DNA of 44,430 nucleotides from Perkinsus olseni (Eukaryota): NCBI GenBank assembly GCA_013115125.1, contig JABANN010000274.1, positions 1 to 44,430 of the forward strand, read 5' to 3'. Shown piece by piece: positions 9,901 to 26,764 of this stretch (position 1 is its first letter; each line of letters starts with the position of its first letter). The notes under the pieces were generated by a model. It saw only the letters and a program-made list of their open reading frames with translations, ran no database searches and was not told where the DNA came from. The position numbers and the translations under genes were made by a program.

Positions 9901-12900
9901 CCCCAGCGGGCACGCTTTGGGTGACGAAAATCGGAAAGACCGCCGCGGCTCTGCTGTCTGTTCGGACGCCCCACTGGGAGCGTATCGGGTGCTCCAGTGG
10001 CCTCTGGGCGAATTCCGACAGAATCTCCTTGGACTCCACCGCCAACAACCCTAAAGTGGAGCTCCCCGTCCGTTAACAGGGTGGCCGAGAGGGCATCTCA
10101 CCAGGCAGCCTGAAGCTCTCCAACCCCATCTTCTCATCGCGGGTAATCTGAACATCGGAATTAGCATGGGGTAACCTCGCTCGAGAGTCCCTCAACACCC
10201 GTCTCGAGGCGACGGCCACCCTTCGCGTGATACCCTCCCCCCACTAAAATTGCATGACCGATACGAATCAGTCCACGAACGAGAGCCTAGGCGCTTACGC
10301 CCGGCATCAAGAAGGCCCGTCGAGCCCTGCCTTGCTACTAACTACCTCTAGGAAACTGGTGAGAAGGTGCCAGGTAGTAGGACCACCGAGCTCCCCCAGC
10401 CTCAGGTCGGTGATGATGCAGCTGAAAATCTCACCACTGGCGATATCCGACCGGAATCTTATCGAGTATCCCGTCTGGTCCGTCACAACCAGTCTCTCCT
10501 GCTGGGCTACTCCACTCAGCGAATTTCGTGGCGCAGCGGTCGGGACCGATTTATAAACTGCAGCGGCAGAGAAGTCGAATCCACCGGGCTCGACAGCCTC
10601 CACCAGAACAGCATCCGCCCGACTAACGCTGATGAAGCTGACACGCACGCTCGAGGTCGCCGTCGCCCTCATCAAGTGACCAACCAGCGTCACCGTCGCG
10701 TTCCTCAGCTGGGGTATGATCGGCCAGCCCTCTACTGCGTGAGTGCTCTGTATGGTGGCAGTGGAGCCAGCAGCGTAATGAGTTACTGTCCACCAGTTGT
10801 CAGTGACGAAGGGCGTGGTGGAGGGGTTCGAAGTGGTGACGCTGATCGTGAGGTCGAAGTCCCGAGGGAAGGGGAATGGCTCCCGGATGTGAATCGTCAG
10901 CACGCCGTGAGAACAGTTGACCATCGAGTTGGGCAGCACCCCGGTAGTGTCCGTCACAGTCGTCTGTTCGACAAAGGCGAAGTCCCAACAGACGCCCGGC
11001 CGCTGAGGGTCTTCCAGAGGGAAGCCTTCCGGAGCTCGGACTTCGACAGTGTCGCCGTCGAACAGCCTGTCGGGGAACTGCATCGTTAGGTGCAGATTGC
11101 GGACGATGGAGTTGCCGTTGATCTGAGGAAGAGGTAATCTCAGCATCAGCAGCAATAGGACGGTATACTGGGCGAGCTAGGTTGACAATAGGCCCAGTTC
11201 GTCCACTTCGCGCGACAACAGGGAAGGTGTTCTGATCCACCTCGCTGAGTAAGAGTGCTATTTTGTGCTACTTTACCTACCACTATCAACTACACCCAAA
11301 CTGTATGACGCCTGCAAACCTTGAATGGATCCGCCCAACCTCCTTAGTATTTTATGCTACTATGCCGACCACAACCAACCAGCGCCCTCAAGCTCACCTG
11401 ATTATGGCCTTGTTCGTCCTCATTAACATACTCCCACGTATTAAGCACTGGGTTTACGACAAAGCCCTCCACTATGTTCTCATCCAGAGCAAGTGTCGGG
11501 CTGATCGGCTCAGCAAGATAAGTTTGCAGCTTCCACTGCCCTGGCATCTCCCCCGCCGGCGTGACCGAGGTCGGGTTGTAAACCTCAATAACAATAAGAT
11601 ACTCCCTCTCCGATACCATCTTTAGCGCACTTCCTAGACGAAGGACCTGAAAGCCGTACCGTGCAACCTAGGGGGCCGTCTACCCCTTACCAAAGTATCC
11701 AGAGCTGCGAGGTCGGGTACAAGGCAGAGGAAATCATTTTCGCTCCACTGGAATCCCGAGTTGTATTCTCCGCGGTCATCGTAGTACGGCAGCTCAATCA
11801 CGTGGGCCTCGCACGTACCACTTTCGTGCGCAAACTGGAAGCCCGTCGGAGCCTCAACGACGAAGGACGCCCCCGTGGCCCGGCTGTTGAGAGGGTCCAC
11901 AGTCTGATGGGGGATGAACTTGATGCTGAGCGGGTTGATCCGGGGCTCTGTATCGAACCCGACCGGCGTTCTGAAGGAGGAATAAGATGAGAAAAAGGCA
12001 CTTCCATTCCTAGTGAACGATCGAGTATCGGGTTGGTCATTAGAGTTCCACCCGCAATGCGTGCCGTTTTCTCACTAAGTGAAAAACGGGAAGATCGCGA
12101 TGCGGTCCGAAGTCAAATCGCTTAGCTATTAACACATGGCAATGAAGTTCATTTCGCGAATAAACCAACCGAGCATCTCGAGAATAAACTCTTGTATCGC
12201 AATAACCGGGTTGTAAGCAAATATCGATCAATATACAGTGCGAACCAAACCGTTATGCAAATCGCGAGAATTGGGATTTCTCCGCTGATGATGATAACCC
12301 AAAGGTAGCGGCCGTTACCTGGCTGTGCTGACCGGGACGATGGTCGCCATCTTGCCGGTGCTGAGTTCAAAGCTTTCGAAGGGCTCACTGGTCTCCTCGT
12401 TGAAAGCGATGGTCCACTCGTTGACCAGGGGGGTCGCCTCGGGGTTGCGAACCACTCCAACTCGAATCACATACAGTTCATTGCGCTCCAGACCTGAGAA
12501 TAAAGTGCAGTAGAAATGCCTGTGCCAGGGATCGAACCTGCGAACCTACCGGGCAGTATGCTGATGGCTGCCTGCGAGTCCATCCCAACGCACTGGACTA
12601 CCGATGCGGTGGACGGCCAGATAGCGTACTCAGGTGGCCATCTTGCTGAGCCGCCAAACACCTCCGCCTCTGCGACCTTCACGGTGCCAAGACAGTCCTC
12701 AGCGAACAGGAAGCCTTCGGGCCCGCGCAGAGTGAAAATCATCGGAGACCCGTCACCGCCAGGAACGATGGTGTCCGAGCTCAGACGAAAGGCGAAGATG
12801 ATGTTATTCATGCGGCCTGGACGATCATCACGGCCGGTGTCCAGCCGCTCCTGGTCGCTGAGGAAGGGCACTCGGGCCTCAACCATCTTCGCTGTGATGG

Positions 12901-15900
12901 GGAAACCTGATTCACAGAATGTTATAGAGTTCAAAAGGTAAAGTTATACATACTGGTGAGTATTGACCACGTATTGACCTACGCGTTCCACGCAGACACA
13001 TTCCCTGTTCTTAAGATCGACGTTCAGCTACGTAGCCGTTGAGTCGTGCTACTGTATGTTTTGTTGTAACAAACCGTAACAGTCGATAATAGCGTTTCCA
13101 ATAGTTATCTAGTAAACAACAGCAGTTCAGCTGTGTTATTAACTACGGCTCCTAAAATGAAGTTTTGGCCCCATAGTATACCAATACGTAATGGCATCAA
13201 TGACTGATGTAAAGATCTCTTTTTTCAATTTACGAGGTAGCAGTCACCGTGGCGCGGTTTACGTTAGTGACATACGTGAGCAAGACCCCTTCCCGTCGTT
13301 GGCGATAGTGCTATGCCCAGTGCTCACAACACTGAACAGAGCGGATCAGAAGAGCCCGTTGTCCTACCCTTAGTGCTCAGCCGGTAGTCCGCCTCTGTCG
13401 TGAAGTCCAAGACGTCTCGCAGCGCATAGAAGGTGAAGCAAAGATTCCACCCGCACTCTGTAGAATCATCTGTAACCAGCTCGGTCTTCTCATCGGGGTT
13501 GCTCGTGACCAGGCGCCATTCATACAGCCCCGGCGGGATGCCATTCGTCCTGCTACCGATAATCGATATCGCAGGAAAGGGGCTTATCAAAGGCATGTAA
13601 GCGCAGTGGACGTCCGACGGGAAGGGACTTGGGCCGTTGTTGACCCCCAGAGGAGTGCAATAGGGTACCGAAGAGAAGCCAAGGGGCATCTCTATGACGA
13701 TCCCTCCGGGTCCGAAAAGATGGCTCTCCAGTCTGATACGGAAAGTAAGTACATTCTCCTTGCCCACGGCGTTGTAGGTGTAACCAACAGACGCGTCCGA
13801 TAGGGATCTCACCGGCGGGCTCGAGAAGACTCCGACAAACGGCCGACTTTCCGAAGTGGTACCGTTCCACCCCACCTCAATACGCCACTCATTAAAGCCA
13901 GCCACAGGGTTCCTCTCGGGGACTTCAACGTCCGCCTCGAACCCGTAAGTGTGAACGTCGCTGTAGACAGCAGAGGGGAAGAGCAGCTGGTTGCCATAGG
14001 CCACCGAGGGGACGCCGCCCGGCCATGGTGATGATATGTTGCACCCAAGCACCACTCGACCACTACTGTGATTCGCGGGATGAATTGCAAACCCAGACGA
14101 ATCGATATTGCGCCAGACAAACCCCAGGGGGGCAGTGATTCTCACGGCTGCTGTGACAGTGGTAGGCACCTTGATCGGAGCCACAGTGACTCTGGCGTAT
14201 CGGAAGATAAGAGCATACGGACGGAGGTCGGTGACGGTGATGTTGAAGGCCTCAGCCGACAAGCTACTCTGATACAAACCCCAGGACTGGCCCTCGGTCG
14301 GCTCACCCTCGTTCAGGGGGACACTCCCGAAGGAGCCGTCCATCCTACGACCGCCAAAGTCTCGAGTATAGACGAACCACGAGTTTTGATGGGTCGCGTT
14401 GTACCCCAAGGGATTGCGAATCTTCAGACCGAAAGCATACCGGCGGCCAGCGACCAGCCTAGCCGACACTCCCACCGTTGCAGCGCTTCGGCTGGTGTCA
14501 GCAACAAAACTATCACAACCGTCGGCGATGCCGACGATGCGATGGGTGGGCACGGCTGGTCCAATGGCGTATATCCGAGGGTCGAGATCTGCGACCTCGC
14601 AGGGAGTGGGGATGCTGAAGTCAGAAGGCAGGACGACTTCGACTTGGCCGCCGATTGTCACGTCTTGCTCGGTTGCAAAGAAAATTCGAAGAACATGCGT
14701 CGCTCCGCCGATCCAACTAGATGGTTCAATGTGAACAAGGGACATCTTGCCAAGGACCTGACGAGACGCTTCGAGACCGTTGCCCCCCTCCCCGGAGCCT
14801 ACCGCTTTGTTGCCGGACCACCTCCCCGTCGATGTGACAGCAGCATCTTCGATGCTCTCTGAAACGAAAAGATCTCCACACCACCGCAGGAGCGGTTCCT
14901 AGGCGTTTCGTCCAAAATTCCGCAGGAGAGGTTCCCAGCTCACCATCTCCTTTGAAAGCCTCAGTAACAGCCTGTTTAACAACACCACCGCCATGGCCGT
15001 CCCCAGCAGCCTCAAGGTCGATGGTCCAGGTATTAGCCTCATCGAAGGCACTGAGGGGCGTGGACGGGTTGTCCACGGCGATCCTCAGAAACACCGAGCT
15101 GCCAGCGTAGATAACCCCATTTTCAGGCAAAGTGAAGGTGCATTTACTATCGGCGTAAGCCCAATAGATCGACTCAACCGTCCCCCGGCCCTGAGGTATC
15201 GACCCGCCGAAGTGCTCAAGGTCCATCCCAACGCCTTCAACTGCCAAGCAAGCATACCCACTCGGCAGCGTCATCATCATCTTCGCATAGACAGCCTGCG
15301 CTGCCCCGCGAGGTGTGCGCAGTGTTGCCCCCAACAGCAGCTGAGCATAGATCACGTTGCCCCGGTCCGCCTTGTACGGTTTAGTATTCCCGTCCGCCCC
15401 GTTATCGACAAGCCTTGCGATGGTCCGACCGGCGTCCGGAGACTTCCAAACGAAATCGCCAACGGACTCGATGTAGTAGGGGTACTCGTCATTCTGGTCG
15501 GTGACCTCGGCACCCAGGCGGCCGGGAAAGAACCCCCCGCTGGGTATGCTAATACCGATGACCGAGAATCTTCTGATCTCATCTCCGACCAGGTCGGGCA
15601 TATCAGCAGGGAGTTGTATTTTCACCTAAGCACGCAAGAGAACCCCTGGGCCGCCTGGGAGCTCACTCGGAGCCGCTACGACGAAGGGAGCCATCCCCGT
15701 CCAATAACTAAGACGAGCTAAGGCAACACTGGGCTATCGATTGGCCGCTCAAACCCTATCATCCGACCGCGAGTAGTTCAGCTGCGAAGCGTCTTAGTTC
15801 GAAGATACCATCAAGTTGAACCCCCCAAGGCCACACGGCAGTTCAGAAAGCCTTCCCAAGATATGGAGCCATGACCTCACCTTATTATTCTGAAAGCCCG

Positions 15901-18900
15901 GTACGACAGCCTCTCCAGTGCAGCTCTGTATCTCTCCACAGAGTTTATTATCCTCTCCAGGCGGAACCTCCAGACACACTGCGTTACACGAGGCGCCGAT
16001 CTTCCACTGGGTCAAAGGCCACAGGATGACTCGGACGTGGTAGCCGGCCTTGATGGGGCCCGTCAGCAAGTTGTCACCACCCTTAATGTCAAAGTCGATA
16101 GATTCCATGCCCCCAGCATCGATATAACCTGACCATTGCAAGTAGCGCGCGCCCCAGCGATCGATATGAGACTGAGTACTACCATTGGTGCCTCCGACGA
16201 GATTGAAGCCCCTCATACCGAAGCTCGGAGTGGCCGTGCCGGCGCTAGGCAGGCCCTGTTGCGAAGACAACCGCGCTCGCCCCATCTCCAGCGCCGAGTA
16301 CGGGTGGTTGTCGATGTCCTCGTGGATGAAGAGGTGGACGTAGTCACAGCTGCGGAGGTCGTCCGGGTCGCTGATTGAACCGCAAGATTTGCTGCCACAG
16401 CAATCGTCGTCTTTATAATTGACACCTGTTGAGGTCGAACCCACGACCACCAGCTGATAATTCTGACCGGGACGCAGCCCCGACCGCTTCGCAAATACGA
16501 CGGTGATTTCTCTAGAGGTGATCGTGCTGCCGTCGGGCTTGATATTGCGGTAGTAGCAGCCCTCAGGCAAGGGGAATCCGAACTCCGCGTCATCCGACCA
16601 CAGCTCCCGGAAGATCTTACCGCACGCCAGCTGATTGGCCTCGTGAAGCTCATCCTCGTCGGGCATCTCCGCAATGTCGTTCATCGCCACATCAGAATAG
16701 TGAATGTCGAACATCTGCGGCACCTTCACCATAATTTTTAAGGCCATCCTCCCCGTCGCCCTCGAGTACGGCAGCCCCGCAGCGCCCCCTGCCGTCCGGA
16801 AGCTAATCACCACCGGGGCCCGGACGCCCCCCGCTGAGCCTGTTGTGACGTGCAGGCCCACGCCCTGCATAACAGCGGGTTCGATTACAGAGAGCCTCCC
16901 AACTTCGTACAGGTACTTCCCTGATAGACCACTAGGTGCCCAACAAACTTTCATCTGGCTTCGCTCCGCTAAGCCTTTTAATTCCTCTCGCGTATGAGCC
17001 CGATTAGTCCGCTTCCAGTTGCCTTGTGTGACTGTGAAGGTGGGCGGAGTATCAGTCCAACCAAGAGGTACGGAAAAGATGGTATCAGTTATCTTCGTTA
17101 CTTGATGGGCAACCTCGTAGTAGTCGGATAGACTCTGGTCATTAGCCGAGGAGTCGCCGTACGGCAAGGTGCCAGTAAGGGCGCTGAGCTGCTCCTGCGA
17201 GCCTACAAGGACGCGTCTTCACCAGCAGCTGAGACGGCCAATGGAAAAGTGATGTCGGCAGAGATGTATATAGCATTAATAACAACGAGGATGATGGTAT
17301 GGGACGGAGTGCGATTTTCCGGAGCGGAGACTAACGAGCCGCAGAAGGGCGTCTATGGCAGGGAGCATGTTGTGGGCAAATTGACAGCGAATGATCGTCC
17401 CGCGTCCAAGTTTTTCGCTTGTCACGGATGAGGAAGTATTCATAACAGGCAACCACTGACCGCGCAGTGTATCCAGTCCAAACGTAGTCGTACTAGCTAG
17501 AAAACGATTTCCCTTCCCCCTAGGAAAAGTCTTTTAGATTTCGGCCCACCGAAGCAGCTGACACGATCACTATCCACAAGCTAGAGGCCTGTGAAGGATA
17601 GACAGAAAATAAACCTGATAGGCTACAGGCTGAAGCGACTAATAATCTGTTTCGTACTGACGATCTTCCCCAAACAAACCCCACAGCGAGAACAGAGAGG
17701 GGGGCTTACACTGAGCATTGCAGGCGTACCCACTTCCAGTGAGTACTATCCAGTCGCCAGTGTCCAACTTCGGAGATGAAGCAAAGGCAAGCCTCGTAGT
17801 TCCGTCCACCATTACCGTAGCTGCGGTGACGTACGCGTCACCCGTACACTGGTTCTTAGCGTCACAGTCAACCTGAAGGGACCAACAGAATCCGCCACAC
17901 TTCAAGCGAGGAAAGCCCACTTTGTCATGGGCGTTGATGGTAAGTGGGATATCATCAGAACTGGTCAATGCAGTACAGCCAGCGGTGGTGACGTCAGGGC
18001 AGTTCCACTCGTTCGTAGTCACAGCCAGGACAGGCGAGTTGTTATTGTCAGTACACTGAAAGGGGTGCCATCAACAACGCGAGCTCACGTCCGCCGACCT
18101 TGGCGTCTGGTTCCACAATCCTTATAGTATCTCCATCTGCAAGGCCCCAGCTGAAAGACCAAAAATTTAACCAGCGCGCAGACTGAGGAGCCTTACCCGG
18201 TGAGTTCAAACCGGAAGACAATGAAGGTCGAGTAAATCCAGTTCTGGTCGGAGTCGGGCCCTCTGATCTGCATGCGCATGCGTGCAAAATCGCCATACCA
18301 ACTTTTCCTACTGTAAATCGGCCGGCCACCACCCAGTAGGTGTCGTCACTACAGGCGTTGTCGACTATCATACCGCAGTAGCACAGGGCCACTATGCCGG
18401 GCTTCTTAACCGTCACTAGCTTGCTCAGGTCACCCGAATTGAACATCAGTCGGTCGTGACTGACATAATGTTCCATCAGGACCCGAGCATGTCGTCCACG
18501 CCTCGTCGTCTTGCATGAATGAGCGAGAGAAGATGAACACGTTCCTCAGCATACAGACAGTCCATGGGCGCGGAGTCACCCATGATTCGATAGTCGAAGA
18601 CTCCCGTACTTGTCTCTACATCAGGCGCTCACCTGTTAGTAGTCCCCTTGTACTCACTAGCAGCATTACTCGCTGTGAGACCGTCCAGTAGGGCGTTATC
18701 GTAGGGCCTAACCCAACCACTCCTCAAGACCCTCACCCAACCCAAGACCTCCCACCTTGTAGCACACTCCGAGCTCGCCAATGGAGGTAGGGTGGAATCC
18801 TCTAGGATCTTGATGATACCTGCCGTTGCACAGTACGACTACTCAGCCGCTTCGTCTCATAATGACGAGTAGACAGCGTCACTTTTATCAAGGAGCATGG

Positions 18901-21900
18901 CAACGCTAGCCCGATGGGACCTTCCGACCACAATCGCCGACAGGGTATCCCAGGTCGCCCCATGCCAGGTCCCCCGTTAACTCACCTCCATCAACGAAGC
19001 CCAAAGCGTCCTGGTAGTCCTCGGGCTTATACAGAGCCACTGATGCTGGCTCATTCACGTACCTGTATACAGGGCCCTTTCGCTACACCAGAGAGACAGC
19101 CTGTGCGGCTCACTGTAGGAAGGGCCGGTCTGCCGTGTCGGTGGCGGCAGAGGCGAGACGAAATGGCAATAGTCGTAGCATGCCGACCTTGAAGTAGTCA
19201 CCTGATAGCACCGACTTCCATCCGAAAGGTCCCGGGTTCTATCCCCACACCTTACTTTCGCTGCTACAGCTGCTATCACAGTAGCATATATCGAAGTACT
19301 TCACAGCATGGAAGTGCAAGCGCTCATATGGCGTCTCTCCAGCGGCGAATCCCAATGGCTCCGTGGCACTACCAAACTCCTTGTAGTCCTGTCGCCTGCT
19401 GCCGCTCATCGAACCTGGACACGGGGAAATCGCATGCCCGACGACAGGCGTCGGATTCTCAAGGGAAAACACCAAACTATTGAGAAGAAGCAATGTAGTC
19501 AGACTTCTTTGTCAACCATCACCGGGATCGACCCTGGGCACTAGAAGATCGGAGGGCAGTCAAACTCTCTGCAGTTTTACTCGCCGAGCGAAGTTACGCT
19601 ACTTAGCGAAGTGGAAATAAGAAGCGGAGTCAGTGAGCCCCTTCGCGAGAGAATCTCATCGTAGAGGAGCCATCGCGCAAATGAACTGTCAGCAGATGCG
19701 ATAACCAACTTTCTTGTGAAGTCATAACGAAGCGCTTCCAACGGGTGGAGGTCCGTCGAACTTACCTGCTGCTGTTGAGTTCGGGAGAGTGTTCACGAGG
19801 CTGGACATCGTCCCAGTCTTGCAAATGTGCGTGCTGCTCCAGCTGGGAGTCTCACTTGTGTCACCTACGAAGCGACCGCCTGTTGACGAACGTTGCAGTA
19901 GGATGAATATCTTCGAACGTTGTTCACTGATCAACCTAAGATACCCCCGCTCCCAGAACTTACTAGGGTCGGCCCAGGCTGCCAACTGCAACTTGAAGCG
20001 ATTATTATCAGCGTACGCGCAGGCGTCTGTCGGGCACGAAACCCTCATCTTGAACAGGTGCCCAGCCGCAACTCCGATATACGGGATCGAACCTGCAGCC
20101 AGCCCTCCACTCAATAACGAGAATCGACGGTCGCCAACGGCACCGACCAAAGAAGTCGCCGTGCTACGGTCGAATCCCATGAGCGATGGGAACGTGGTGA
20201 CGTCCGTTTCACAGTGAAAGAAAAGGAGAGCTCGTGTGGTACGCTCAAATCCCATGGGTAATGAAAATACAGTCCGGTCAAAAAACTTGTTATCTCGATG
20301 AGAATTGAAAGCTGTTGCGTGGAACTCACGCCACTCAAAAGCCCTACAAATTTCTCGTCCAAGGAGCCCGGTCCCGTATTCAGACTTCAGATAGATTACA
20401 TCAGCTTTAGACAACTTTCTTAACCGATCTGTGCCCCCTTACACTCAGCATCGTCCGCTGCACAGAGGTCTGCGGTGTAGTAGTGAATGACCCCAATAGA
20501 CTGCGTATACTCCGCAGTCTGATCACACTCATCATTCCCTCCAGAGTTATCGTAACTCGGACAATAGCAAGCCGCCACTGTGTACCTGACCCTTCACATG
20601 TGTCTTCACAGCGAACCGAGGACTCCTACGGTCGGAAGGTGTTAGCATCGAGGTTCTGCATCCCCTGGGGAATGGTGATGACTATCTTACCGTACTTCCC
20701 TCCCACCACAGACGACGTAACTGAGCCAGACGATACACGGGGTTGTGGAGAGCTCGACGAGAGCTTTCCATTGGTGTGCGTTACAACCCCCAACTCGTTC
20801 GCTTCAAAAATTTATCAGGGCTCGGCAGCCTGGAGTAGGACATAGCCCTCCCGAACCCCCTACCAGGCGTGAGGAGTCTCGACCCCCCAGAGCAACCCTC
20901 TCCGTCGGGGCAGATGAACTGGGCGGCAGCGGTGCCCGAGCCACAAGCGCTCTGCGAGGTGACCGTAGCCTGCCCTTGGGCGGAGTACGTGGCGGTCCAC
21001 TCGGCAGTCCATGTGGCCTTGCCTTCCGAGCCTGTGACTCGCTTATAGAAACCCTAACGACAACAACCGTTCTGATTAAACGCATTCTCGCGAAGACCCT
21101 CGCGTCAAACAGGACGAACTGCGAAAGTTACGGTATAGCATTGGCTTGGCATCGAATTCCCTGGTTCCCTAACTCGCCAGAACCATTCGACCGACACAGG
21201 TTGCATCAAAATTCCGTATCATAATATTCACGACATGCAAGAAGCGACCTGGCCAGATGGGCCTTCTATATAGGGCACTCGACGAAGAGAGGGCCTGCCT
21301 CGAAAGGGCTGTACGCTACGCGGCGAACCCGAGCGTTTTATTTCGCACCATGCTCGGCAGCTAGCGGAAGCCGACAGCACCATTATTATCATAATAACGC
21401 TTTGCTCCAGGCGCTGCAATCATCGCTCGCAATTTCCCATAATTGCATCAGAAATCGCTCTCTATCGTTCGTGCCTGATTGTTTCCAGTGAAATCAAATT
21501 CACAGCTTCCCTTGGATGAGTGTCGCTTCCTCAGCAGATAACACGACATCTTCGTCTCCGCCAGGCAGTTGTCAGCTGTGCAGTCCGAGTAGATTCCGGT
21601 GACCAGTAGAGTATCAGAAGGCACCTGAGAACCTCGCTGACACAGAGGTGGAGTGGACGGCGTACATCGCCGTGAAGGGCGGCGAAGGTCCCCGTGTCCG
21701 AATAGCAAACCTTAAATTCTCCTCCCATTCTGAAGTTGAGTAACCCCTCCGACGAGACACCTGAGAACAGAAGCATAAACACAATTCACTGGGGGTGAGC
21801 AGAGCATCGTACTCGTAGGTTGGGCCACAAGGCTGGGCGAGCTAGCCGCAGCTGCAGAGGGCATGCCGGTTGCCTCGGACCAGGGGCTGTTGACGTAGTT

Positions 21901-22459
21901 GCCACTTCGATGAGAGGACCCTGCCGCGCATGCTCCCGCCTGACAAATCATGCCGTCACCGTCCTTGTTGCCTTCCTCGCCTCACCCATGCGTCCGCGGT
22001 CGTTACTGAGCCATCCACTATGTTCAGCCGCGCGGAGGTGGGGTTCCAGGTGTTGCCCGTACCCAGGTAGAGCTCGACCGAAGTAATGGGAACGCCGGAG
22101 TGAAGTTTAGTCGAGGATGTTGCTAGCGAGACAAAGGGAATTCCAACGACTTTGAAGGTGTCCACCACCCACCGGCTGTCGTCTCGCCATTAAGTCGGAT
22201 CTCGGTGGCGATACCGAGTTGAGTGAAACTAGAAGTAACAGTAGCGAGCCTGCGCAGTTGCCGTTGTTGTTGCTGCATTTCTGGCGATGGTATCTAAGGC
22301 GTGAAGGCTACACCACAGGAAGGGTGCGTCGGGGACGGAGGTGGCCGGCCTTACCGAAGCCGTTGCATTGGTAAGGATCGTCGATGCATCATCATCGCCT
22401 TTCCCTACTCGAAGAAGAGCGCACACGGCTAGGAAGGCTCGCGATCGTTTCCGCTTCAT
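6945..22459 (-). CDS. Giant multi-exon predicted cell-surface/secreted protein (roughly 3,000+ aa) with Cys-containing and beta-rich repeated modules; function unknown
   Basis: Long minus-strand ORFs (10307-11155, 13324-14745, 14726-15625, 15794-17167 and others) join in frame across the GT-AG introns checked (e.g. 12494-12549, 19202-19255, 6972-7014). N-terminus MKRKRSRAFLAVCALLRVGKG is signal-like; C-terminus SVPSFIVFILVVIIHVYY* is hydrophobic. Not every junction was resolved. Confidence 0.75.
12514..12541 (-). promoter_or_regulatory. Intronic tRNA 3'-end-like/B-box element (sense to host gene)
   Basis: GCAGG-TTCGATC-CCTGG-CACAGGC-A-TTT inside the 56-nt intron 12494-12549. Confidence 0.7.
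19232..19256 (+). promoter_or_regulatory. Intronic tRNA 3'-end-like/B-box element (antisense to host gene)
   Basis: CCGGG-TTCTATC-CCCAC-ACCTTAC in the 54-nt intron 19202-19255. Its 3' end overlaps the splice donor. Confidence 0.55.
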
Positions 22460-23409
22460 TGAAGGGCTGTGAGTGCCTCTGCCAAAGGAGGCGCTTTCCC
22501 AGAGGAAGGTAACAACACAACAGCGCCATCGCCACACCGAAAACTGATCCCCTATTTAGCATGCATCGCTGATTCTCTCTAGCTCCGATGAAAAGCGACA
22601 CTGATGTTGATGAGAGTAAGACAGCAGACGAAAGTTTGGATTCTAGAGGGTAGAACTCGAGTGTTGGTTCTCAATCAGTCGGTCGTTAACACCCCCTTCA
22701 TCGATGCGCCTGGTGTGACCAATGCCGTGCGTGCTTAAAACACCTCTCCTGGATCTCTGGAGCGCTCCCAGGATTGAATTTCACGTGTATAAGACGATCC
22801 TGGGAGGGCACTCGAAACTCAGGGGGGGGGCAGTGTAATGAACACCCTGAGAGATTCTGAAGCTCAAAATTGATTCTGGATCAGCATTTTACGCGTAAAA
22901 ATCAATTCCAGAATCGGATCTGGGTCTCGGAATCACCTCGTTGAACAGGGAGAAAGCCGCCGTAAAATTGGGAACAAACTGACCACTTGAGTCGTTCGCC
23001 TCGGTAAGTGTGCAGACCGTGTAGAACTGGGCTTCCCCGACTAGATGGAAGCTCAGCACATGAAGTCTGGCTCGGTGTGGGCGGTTCAGGTCGACTACTG
23101 AGTACTTGGAACCGCAATAGTTCAAGAAACCGCCAACCCGTTGCTCCGACCGACAAAGTGACTTCATCTGGTGAGTGAACACCCTCGTCCCATCGCCCAA
23201 AGGACCCGTCGTTTGGCGTGTTCAGCAGACCTCCACAGAGCAGCAAGACCGCTCCCGAGATGGTTTATCAAATGTCAATCTTGAAATCAGGTAGGGTATA
23301 TCGAACGGCTCCAGAGTATGAGTTAAAAATCTTATTGTAGAGGAGAGCGAAACTCTCATGACGGTAAAATCAACGAGTCGAAACAAAATTGGTTCTGCTG
23401 GGATGAGCG

Positions 23410-23458
23410 TCGGGCGCGCGCGATTCTATTTGAGCCATTTAATTTAGCGCGCGCCCGA
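23410..23458. promoter_or_regulatory. 12-bp GC-rich inverted repeat around an AT-rich spacer, upstream of TDO
   Basis: TCGGGCGCGCGC 23410-23421 / GCGCGCGCCCGA 23447-23458. The regulatory role is inferred from position only. Confidence 0.4.
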
Positions 23459-23631
23459 TGAGACTTGCACGCAACCCCACTGGAGCGTCGGCTTGCTCTC
23501 CACCCATCGTTCGTGTCCCTTTCCTCAGGGAGAGGGCCCTAGGGGGGGGAGCAGTATATGGGTACCTGTTCAGCCCGTCGTCGGATTACCGTTGTTAGCC
23601 TTACTGTGTTTGATTCGCGCTTCTGACTCGA

Positions 23632-26610
<2,979 letters not shown>

Positions 26611-26736
26611 TAATTGATATCTTCGAATCTTCGCTGTGCGCAAAGATATGGTCCAATTATCATTGTGTAATGATGAGGTTGAAGATATCGCTGTATGAAG
26701 GGTCTTACTCGACCTATTTTATTCCAGCATCCGTGT

Positions 26737-26764
26737 GACCCGGGTTCGATTCCCTGTCGGAGGA
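26737..26764 (+). promoter_or_regulatory. tRNA 3'-end-like/B-box element downstream of TDO
   Basis: GAC-CCGGG-TTCGATT-CCCTG-TCGGAGG-A. No pairing 5' half is visible upstream. Confidence 0.65.

Noticed and set aside
11945-11970. Minus-strand GGGTTCGATAC
   Set aside because: Lies in coding sequence (PVGFDTEP) and is an incomplete B-box.
20070-20095. Minus-strand GCAGGTTCGATCCC B-box match
   Set aside because: It probably straddles a splice acceptor and encodes GSIPY in the giant gene, and it lacks the CA-TTT tail, so it was not counted.
6585-21224. Long plus-strand ORFs (e.g. 10367-11089, 14068-14862, 14993-15721)
   Set aside because: Antisense shadows of the GC-rich exons of the giant minus-strand gene.
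22889-23246. Two overlapping minus-strand ORFs of 103-114 aa
   Set aside because: No recognisable motif and non-ATG starts, so I cannot support either as a gene.
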